64,000 bases of DNA from Eledone cirrhosa (taxonomy: Eukaryota), in NCBI GenBank assembly GCA_964016885.1, contig OZ024744.1, positions 56,792,001-56,856,000 of the forward strand, read 5' to 3'. Both the position numbers and the translations under genes were made by a program. Under the pieces are notes generated by a model, which was not told where the DNA came from, made no database searches, and worked only from the letters and a program-made list of their open reading frames with translations. Position 1 is the stretch's first letter. The number at the start of each line of letters is the position of its first letter. Shown here piece by piece: positions 52,801 to 64,000 of this stretch.

Positions 52801-55800
52801 TATCAACACTACCAACACTACTAATAGTACCAACATTACCAACACTACCAACACTACCAACACTACCAACACTATCAACACTATCAACACTACCAACACT
52901 ACTAATACTACCAACACTACCAACACTACCAACACTACCAACACTACTAATACTACCAACACTACCAACACTACCAACACTACCAACACTACTAATACTA
53001 CCAACACTACCAACACTACCAACACTATCAACACTACCAACACTACCAACACTACCAACACTACCAACACTACCAACACTACTAATACTACCAACACTAT
53101 CAACACTACCAACACAATCAACACTACCAACACTACCAACACTACCAACACTACCAACACTACCAACACTACCAACACTACCAACACTACCAACACTACT
53201 AATACTATCAACACTACCAACACTACTAATAGTACCAACATTACCAACACTACCAACACTACCAACACTACCAACACTATCAACACTATCAACACTACCA
53301 ACACTACTAATACTACCAACACTACCAACACTACCAACACTACCAACACTACTAATACTACCAACACTACCAACACTACCAACACTACCAACACTATCAA
53401 CACTACCAACACTACCAACACTACCAACACTACCAACACTACCAACACTACTAATACTACCAACACTATCAACACTACCAACACTATCAACACTACCAAC
53501 ACTACCAACACTACCAACACTACCAACACTATCAACTCTACCAACACTACCAACACTACCAACACTACCAACACAATCAACACTACCAACACTACCAACA
53601 CTACCAACACTACCAACACTACCAACACTACCAACAGTACCAACACTACCAACACTACCAACACTATCAACACTACCAACACTACCAACACTACCAACAC
53701 TACCAACACTATCAACACTACCAACACTACCAACACTACCAACACTACCAACACTATCAACACTACCAACACTACCAACACTACCAACACTACCAACACT
53801 ACCAACACTACCAACACTACCAACACTACCAACACTATCAACACTACCAACACTACCAACACTACCAGCACTACCAAGACCATCAACACTATCAACACTA
53901 CCAACACTGCCAACACTACCAACACTACCAACACTACCAACACTATTAACACTACCAACACTACCAACACTACCAACACTACTAATACTACCAACACTAC
54001 CAACAGTACCAACACTACCCACACTACCAACACTACCAACACTACCAACACTACCAACACTACCAACACTACCAACACTACCCACACTACCAACACTACC
54101 AACACTACCAACACTACCAACACTATCAACACTACCAACACTACCAACACTACTAACACTATCAACACTACCAACACTACCAACACTACCAACACTACCA
54201 ACACTACCAACACTATCAACACTACCAACACTACCAACACTACCAACACTACCAACACTACCAACACTACTAATACTACCAATACTACCAACACTACCAA
54301 CACTACCAACACTACTAATACTACCAATACTACCAACACTACCAACACTACCAACACTATCAACACTACCAACACTACCAACACTACCCACACTACCAAC
54401 ACTACCAACACTATGAACACTACCAACACTACTAACACTACCAACACTACCAACACTACCAACACTACTAATACTACCAACACTACCAACACTACCAACA
54501 CTACCAACACTACCAACACTACCAACACTACCAACACTATCAACACTACCAACACTACCAACACTACCAACACTACCAACACTACCAACACTACCAATAC
54601 TACCAACACTACCAACACTACCAACACTACCAACACTACCAACACTACCAATACTACCAACACTATCAACACTACCAACACTACCAACACTGCCAACACT
54701 ACCAACACTACCAACACTACCAACACTACCAATACTACCAACACTACCAACACCACTAACACTATCAACACTACCAACACTACCAACACTACCAACACTA
54801 CCAACACTACTAACACTACCAACACTACCAACACTACCAACACTACCAACACTACTAACACTACCAACACTACCAACACTACCAACACTACTAACACTAC
54901 CAACACTACCAACACTACCAACACTACCAACACTACCAACACTATCAACAGTACCAACACTACTAATACTACCAACACTACCAACACTACCAACACTACC
55001 AACACTACTAATACTACCAATACTACCAACACTACCAACACTACCAACAATATCAACACTACCAACACTACCAACACTACCAACACTACCAACACTACCA
55101 ACACTACTAATACTACCAACACTATCAACACTACCAACACAATCAACACTACCAACACTACCAACACTACCAACACTACCAACACTATCAACACTACCAA
55201 CACCAACAACACTACCAACACTGCCAACACTATCAACACTACCAACACTATCAACACTACCAACACTACTAATAGTACCAACATTACCAACACTACCAAC
55301 ACTACCAACACTACCAACACTATCAACACTATCAACACTACCAACACTACTAATACTACCAACACTACCAACACTACCAACACTATCAACACTATCAACA
55401 CTATCAACACTACCAACACTACTAATACTACCAACACTACCAACACTACCAACACTACCAACACTACCAACACTACCAACACTACTAACACTACCAACAC
55501 TATCAACACTACCAACACTACCAACACTACCAACACTACCAACACTACCAACACTACTAACACTACCAACACTACTAACACTACCAACACTACCAACACT
55601 ACCAACACTACCCACACTACCAACACTACCAACACTACCAACACTACCAACAGTACCAACACTACACACTACCAACACAACCACTACCAACACTACACAC
55701 ACTACCAACCACACTACCAACACTACCAACACTACCAACACTACCAACACTACCAACACTACACAACAACACTACCAACACTACCAACACTACCAACAAC

Positions 55801-57110
55801 ACACTCCCACACTACCAACACTACCAACACTACCAACACTACAACACTACAAACACTACAACACTACCAACACTACCAAGACTATCAACACTATCAACAC
55901 TACCAACACTGCAACACTACCAACACTACCAACACTACCAACACTATTAACACTACCAACACTACCAACACTACCAACACTACCAACACTACCAACACTA
56001 CCAACACTAACAACACTACCAACACTACCAACACTACTAACACTACCAACACTATCAACACTACCAACATTACCAACACTACCAACACTACCAACACTAC
56101 CAACACTACCAACACTACCAACACTACAAACACTACCAACACTACTAACACTACCAACACTACCAACACTACCAACACTACCAACACTACTAACACTACC
56201 AACACTACCAACACTACCAACACTACCAACACTATCAACACTACCCACACTACCAATACTACCAACACTACCAACACTACTAATACTACCAACACTATCA
56301 ACACTACCAACACAATCAACACTACCAACACTACCAACACTACCAACACTACCAACACTATCAACACTACCAACACCAACAACACTACCAACACTATCAA
56401 CACTACCAACACTACTAATACTACCAACACTACCAACACTACCAACACTACCAACACTACTAATACTACCAACACTACCAACACTACCAACACTATCAAC
56501 ACTACCAACACTACCAACACTACCAACACTACCAACACTACCAACACTACTAATACTACCAACACTATCAACACTACCAACACAATCAACACTACCAACA
56601 CTACCAACACTACCAACACTACCAACACTACCAACACTACCAACACTACTAACACTACCAACACTACTAATACTATCAACACTACCAACACTACTAATAG
56701 TACCAACATTACCAACACTACCAACACTACCAACACTACCAACACTATCAACACTATCAACACTACCAACACTACTAATACTACCAACACTACCAACACT
56801 ACCAACACTACCAACACTACTAATACTACCAACACTACCAACACTACCAACACTACCAACACTATCAACACTACCAACACTACCAACACTACCAACACTA
56901 CCAACACTACCAACACTACTAATACTACCAACACTATCAACACTATCAACACTATCAACACTACCAACACTACCAACACTACCAACACTACCAACACTAT
57001 CAACTCTACCAACACTACCAACACTACCAACACTACCAACACAATCAACACTACCAACACTACCAACACTACCAACACTACCAACACTACCAACACTACC
57101 AACAGTACCA
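49540..57110. repeat. Higher-order duplication, period ~4.1 kb (second copy internally shortened)
   Basis: AAGACCATC 49772/53876, ATGA 50309/54413 and ACACCACTA 50646/54750 (all 4104 bp apart). ACAATATCA 50916/55047 (4131). AACTCTACC 53534/57002 (3468, after a deletion). Confidence 0.88.
55660..55915. other. Indel-rich scrambled patch within the array
   Basis: Several truncated or extended units (ACACTAC, ACACAACC, ACAACACACTCCC, ACACTACA, ACACTGCA) in ~250 bp, whereas the paralogous segment at ~51520-51780 is in perfect register. Confidence 0.9.
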
Positions 57111-57299
57111 ACACTACCCACACTACCAACACTACCAACACTATCAACACTACCAACACTAACAACACTACCAACACTACCAACACTACCAACACTACCA
57201 ACACTATCAACACTACCAACACTACCAACACTACCAACACTACCAACACTACCAACACTACCAACACTACCAACACTACCAACACTACCAATACTACTA

Positions 57300-60200
57300 A
57301 CACTACCAACACTATCAACACTACCAACACTACCAACACTACCAACACTACCAACACTACCAACACTACCAACACTACAAACACTACCAACACTACTAAC
57401 ACTACCAACACTACCAACACTACCAACACTACCAACACTACTAACACTACCAACACTACCAACACTACCAACACTACCAACACTACCAACACAACCAACA
57501 CTACCAACACTATCAACAATACCCACACTACCAACACTATCAACACTACCAACACTACCAACAGTACCAACACTACCCACACTACCAACACTACCAACAC
57601 TACCAACACTACCAACACTACCAACACTACCAACACTACCAACACTACTAACACTACCAACACTATCAACACTACCAACACTACCAACACTACCAAAACT
57701 ACCAGCACTACCAACACTACCAACACTACAAACACTACCAACACTACCAACACTACCAACATTACCAACACTACCAACACTACTAACACTACCAACACTA
57801 CCAACACTACCAACACTACCAACACTACCAACACTACCAACAATACCAACACTACCAACAATACCAACACTACCAACACTACCAACACTACCAACAGTAC
57901 CAACACTACCCACACTACCAACACTACCAACACTACCAACACTACCAACACTACGAACACTACCAACACTACCCACACTACCAACACTATCAACACTACC
58001 AACACTACCAACACTACCAACACTACCAACACTACAAACACTACCAACACTACAAACACTACCAACACTACCAACACTACCAACACTACCAACACTACCA
58101 ACACTACTAACACTACCAACACTACCAACACTACCAACACTACCAACACTACCAACACTACCAACACTACCCACACTACCAACACTACCAACACTACCAA
58201 CACTACCAACACTACCAACACTACCCACACTACCAACACTATCAACACTACCCACACTACCAACACTACCCACACTACCAACACTATCAACACTACCCAC
58301 ACTACCAACACTACCAACACTACCAACACTACCAACACTACCAACACTACCAACACTATCAACACTACCAACACTACCAACACTACAAACAATACCAACA
58401 CTACCAACACTATCAACACTACCAACACTACCAACACTACCAACACTACCAACACTATCAACACTACCAACACTACCAACACTACCAACACTACCAACAC
58501 TACCAACACTATCAACACTACCAACACTACCAACACTACCAACACTACCAACACTACCAACACTACCAACACTACCAACACTATCAACACTACCAACACT
58601 ACCAACACTATCAACACTACCAACACTACCAACACTACCAACACTACGAAGACTACCAACACTATCAACACTACCAACACTACCAACACTACCAACACTA
58701 CCAACACTACCAACACTACCAACACTACCAACACTATCAACACTACCAACACTACCAACACTACCAACACTACCAACACTACCAACAATACCAACACTAC
58801 CAACACTACCAACACTACCAACACTACCAACACTACCAACAGTACCAACACTACCCACACTACCAACACTACCAACACTACCAACACTACCAACACTACC
58901 AACACTACCAACACTACCCACACTACCAACACTACCAACACTACCAACACTACCAACACTATCAACACTACCAACACTACCAACACTACTAACACTATCA
59001 ACACTACCAACACTACCAACACTACCAACACTACCAACACTACCAACACTATCAACACTACCAACACTACCAACACTACCAACACTACCAACACTACCAA
59101 CACTACCAACACTACCAACACTATCAACACTACCAACACTACCAACACTACCAATACTACCAACACTACTAATACTACCAACACTATCAACACTACCAAC
59201 ACTATCAACACTACCAACACTACCAACACTACCAACACTATGAACACTACCAACACTACTAACACTACCAACACTACCAACACTACCAACACTACTAATA
59301 CTACCAACACTACCAACACTACCAACACTACCAACACTACCAACACTACCAACACTACCAACACTACCAACACTATCAACACTACCAACACTACCAACAC
59401 TACCAACACTACCAACACTACCAACACTATCAACAGTACCAACACTACTAATACTACCAACACTACCAACACTACCAACACTACCAACATTACTAATACT
59501 ACCAATACTACCAACACTACCAACACTACCAACACTATCAACACTACCAACACTACCAACACTACCAACACTACCAACACCACCAACACTACTAATACTA
59601 CCAACACTATCAACACTACCAACACAATCAACATTACCAACACTACCAACACTACCAACACTACCAACACTATCAACACTACCAACACTACCAACACTAC
59701 CAACACTACCAACACTATCAACACTACCAACACTATCAACACTACCAACACTACTAATAGTACCAACATTACCAACACTACCAACACTACCAACACTACC
59801 AACACTATCAACACTATCAACACTACCAACACTACTAATACTACCAACACTACCAACACTACCAACACTACCAACACTACTAATACTACCAACACTACCA
59901 ACACTACCAACACTACCAACACTATCAACACTACCAACACTACCAACACTACCAACACTACCAACACTACCAACACTACTAATACTACCAACACTATCAA
60001 AACTACCAACACTATCAACACTACCAACACTACCAACACTACCAACACTACCAACACTATCAACACTACCAACACTACCAACACTACCAACACTACCAAC
60101 ACTACCAACACAATCAACACTACCAACACTACCAACACTACCAACACTACCAACACTACCAACACTACCAACAGTACCAACACTACCCACACTACCAACA

Positions 60201-63200
60201 CTACCAACACTACCAACACTAACAACACTACCCACACTACCAACACTACCAACACTATCAACACTACCAACACTACCAACACTACCAACACTACCAAGAC
60301 TACCAACACTATCAACACTACCAACACTACCAACACTATCAACACTACCAACACTACCAACACTACCAACACTACCAACACTACCAACACTACCAACACT
60401 ACCAACACTACCAACACTACCAACACTACTAACACTACCAACACTATCAACACTACCAACACTACCAACACTACCAACACTACCAACACTACCAACACTA
60501 TCAACACTACCAACACTACCAACACTACCAACACTACTAACACTACCAACACTATCAACACTACCAACACTACCAACACTACCAACACTACCAACACTAC
60601 CAACACTAACAACACTACCGACACTACCAACACTACCAACACTATCAACACTACTAACACTACCAACACTACCAACACTATCAACACTACCAACACTACG
60701 AACACTACCAACACTACCAACACTACCAACACTACCAACACTACCAACACTACCAACACTACCAACACTACCAACACTACCCACACTACCAACACTACCA
60801 ACACTACCAACACTACCAACACTACCAACACTACCCACACTACCAACACTATCAACACTACCCACACTACCAACACTACCCACACTACCAACACTATCAA
60901 CACTACCCACACTACCAACACTACCAACACTACCAACACTACCAACACTACCAACACTACCAACACTATCAACACTACCAACACTACCAACACTACCAAC
61001 ACTACCAACACTACCAACACTATCAACACTACCAACACTACCAACACTACCAACACTACCAACACTACCAACACTACCAACACTACCAACACTACCAACA
61101 CTACCAACACTACCAACACTATCAACACTACCAACACTACCAACACTACCAACACTACCAACACTACCAACACTACCAACACTACCAACACTACCAACAC
61201 TACCAACACTATCAACACTACCAACACTACCAACACTACCAACACTACCAAGACTACCAACACTATCAACACTACCAACACTACGAACACTACCAACACT
61301 ACCAACACTACCAACACTACTAACACTACCAACACTATCAACACTACCAACACTACCAACACTACCAACACTCCCAACACTACCAACACTACCAACAATA
61401 CCAACACTACCAACACTACCAACACTACCAACACTACCAACACTACCAACAGTACCAACACTACCCACACTACCAACACTACCAACACTACCAACACTAC
61501 CAACACTACGAACACTACCAACACTACCCACACTACCAACACTACCAACACTACCAACACTACCAACACTATCAACACTACCAACACTACCAACACTACT
61601 AACACTATCAACACTACCAACACTACCAACACTACCAACACTACCAACACTATCAACACTACCAACTCTACCAACACTACCAACACTACCAACACTACCA
61701 ACACTACCAACACTATCAACACTACCAACACTACCAACACTACCAATACTACCAACACTACTAATACTACCAACACTATCAACACTACCAACACTATCAA
61801 CACTACCAACACTACCAACACTACCAACACTATGAACACTACCAACACTACTAACACTACCAACACTACGAACACTACCAACACTACTAATACTACCAAC
61901 ACTACCAACACTACCAACACTACCAACACTACCAACACTACCAACACTACCAACACTATCAACACTACCAACACAACCAACACTACCAACACTACCAACA
62001 CTACCAACACTACCAACACTACCAATACTACCAACACTACCAACACTACCAACACTACCAACACTACCAATACTACCAACACTATCAACACTACCAACAC
62101 TACCAACACTGCCAACACTACCAACACTACCAACACTACCAACACTACCAACACTACCAATACTACCAACACTACCAACACCACTAACACTATCAACACT
62201 ACCAACACTACCAACACTACCAACACTACCAACACTACCAACACTACCAACACTACCAACACTACCAACACTACCAACACTATCAACACTATCAACACTA
62301 CCAACACTACTAACACTACCAACACTAGTAACACTACCAACACTACCAACACTACCAACACTACCAACACTACCAACACTACCAACACTACCAACACTAC
62401 CAACACTACCAACACTACCAACACTACCAACACTACCAACACTACCAACACTACCAACACTACCAACACTACCCACACTACCAACACTACCAACACTACC
62501 AACACTACCAACACTACCAACACTACCCACACTACCAACACTATCAACACTACCCACACTACCAACACTACCCACACTACCAACACTATCAACACTACCC
62601 ACACTACCAACACTACCAACACTACCAACACTACCAACACTACCAACACTACCAACACTATCAACACTACCAACACTACCAACACTACCAACACTACCAA
62701 CACTACCAACACTATCAACACTACCAACACTACCAACACTACCAACACTACCAACACTACCAACACTACCAACACTACCAACACTACCAACACTACCAAC
62801 ACTACCAACACTATCAACAGTACCAACACTACTAATACTACCAACACTACCAACACTACCAACACTACCAACACTACTAATACTACCAATACTACCAACA
62901 CTACCAACACTACCAACACTACCAACACTAACAACACTACCGACACTACCAACACTACCAACACTATCAACACTACCAACACTACCAACACTACCAGCAC
63001 TACCAACACTACCAACACTATCAACACTACCACCACTACCAACACTATCAACACTACCAACACTACCAACACTACCAACACTACCAACACTACCAACACT
63101 ACCAACACTACCAACACTACCAACACTACCAACACTACCAACACTACTAACACTACCAACACTATCAACACTACCAACACTACCAACACTACCAACACTA

Positions 63201-64000
63201 CCAACACTACCAACACTACCAACACTACCAACACTACAAACACTACCAACACTACTAACACTACCAACACTACCAACACTACCAACACTACCAACACTAC
63301 TAACACTACCAACACTACCAACACTACCAACACTACCAACACTACCAACACAACCAACACTATCAACACTACCCACACTACCAACACTATCAACACTACC
63401 AACACTACCAACAGTACCAACACTACCCACACTACCAACACTACCAACACTACCAACACTACCAACACTACCAACACTACCAACACTACCAACACTACTA
63501 ACACTACCAACACTATCAACACTACCAACACTACCAACACTACCAAAACTACCAGCACTACCAACACTACCAACACTACAAACACTACCAACACTACCAA
63601 CACTACCAACACTACCAACACTACCAACACTACTAACACTACCAACACTACCAACACTACCAACACTACCAACACTACCAACACTACCAACACTACCCAC
63701 ACTACCAACACTACCAACACTACCAACACTACCAACACTACCAACACTACCCACACTACCAACACTATCAACACTACCCACACTACCAACACTACCCACA
63801 CTACCAACACTATCAACACTACCCACACTACCAACACTACCAACACTACCAACACTACCAACACTACCAACACTACCAACACTATCAACACTACCAACAC
63901 TACCAACACTACCAACACTACCAACACTACCAACACTATCAACACTACCAACACTACCAACACTACCAACACTACCAACACTACCAACACTACCAACACT
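57300..64000. repeat. Duplicated blocks at ~5.85 kb offset (from ~57300, and ~63100 to window end)
   Basis: TACCAAAACTACCAGCACTA at 57691 and 63541 (5850 = 650 monomers), with matching flanking variant order. Confidence 0.75.
58150..61960. repeat. Duplicated blocks at ~2.6 kb offset (~58150-59400 and ~60760-61960)
   Basis: ATC-CCC-ACC-CCC-ACC-ATC-CCC cassette at 58241/60851 (2610). Isolated ATGA at 59240/61832 (2592). Confidence 0.75.

Larger units (their letters stand above)
1..64000. repeat. Tandem satellite/minisatellite array of the 9-bp unit ACACTACCA (reverse complement TGGTAGTGT), ~7,100 copies, extending beyond both window edges
   Basis: Directly visible: every line is ACACTACCA or a 1-3 nt variant (commonest ACACTACCC, ACACTATCA, ACACTACTA). 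The register can be followed from position 1 to 64000. Confidence 0.99.

Noticed and set aside
6904-63826. Giant GSV-repeat ORFs (up to 4779 aa) annotated as CDS
   Set aside because: The frame cannot gain a stop by one substitution, ORFs switch between GSV and VVL at indels, and no unique termini exist. Kept only as a low-interest hypothesis.
94-63999. Minus-strand poly-Val/Leu/Trp ORFs (up to 2699 aa) as membrane proteins
   Set aside because: They are the GTG-TTG-GTA frame of the repeat. Starts are GTG/TTG within the monomer, and stops are single variants such as ACACTACCT. There is no domain structure.
1-64000. CRISPR array or other repeat-spacer system
   Set aside because: No unique spacers, repeats are contiguous 9-mers, and there are no cas or other genes.
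35000-64000. Fungal repeat-induced point mutation (RIP) as the cause of C>T variants
   Set aside because: The commonest transition (C7T) is in CpC rather than CpA context, most CpA sites are intact, and the variants are inherited in blocks.
1-64000. Wholly artefactual or synthetic sequence (polymerase slippage product, encoded data)
   Set aside because: Nested duplications with shared rare variants, shared indels and copy-private changes fit descent with modification. Individual large duplicates could still be assembly errors.
1-64000. Assignment to a specific organism or named telomere/satellite family
   Set aside because: I do not recognise the monomer with confidence, and no flanking unique sequence is available. 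This needs a database search.

Overview
The whole 64-kb window is one uninterrupted tandem array of a 9-bp monomer, consensus ACACTACCA (minus strand TGGTAGTGT), about 7,100 copies, running off both ends. I see no unique flank, no recognisable gene, no RNA gene, no mobile-element gene and no CRISPR array. The long ORFs in the track (poly-GSV, poly-VVL, poly-NTT, poly-TLP) follow from the monomer, which is stop-free in five of six frames. The information lies in the order of variant monomers. Rare variants act as a barcode that reveals nested higher-order duplications of about 0.74, 0.95, 1.2-1.3, 2.6, 4.1, 5.7, 5.85, 7.5, 12.0-12.3 and 17 kb, and three compositional sub-families that interleave. 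The 9-bp register shifts at only seven isolated indel sites (five are copies of two events) plus one ~250-bp scrambled patch near 55.66-55.91 kb. One higher-order copy (44.2-48.5 kb) carries an apparent excess of private C>A changes. The best reading is a strand-asymmetric, telomere-like satellite or minisatellite, probably eukaryotic (inference), amplified by unequal exchange. I cannot support a new gene system; the coding and telomere readings are testable hypotheses only. Coordinates were read by eye and block boundaries are approximate.
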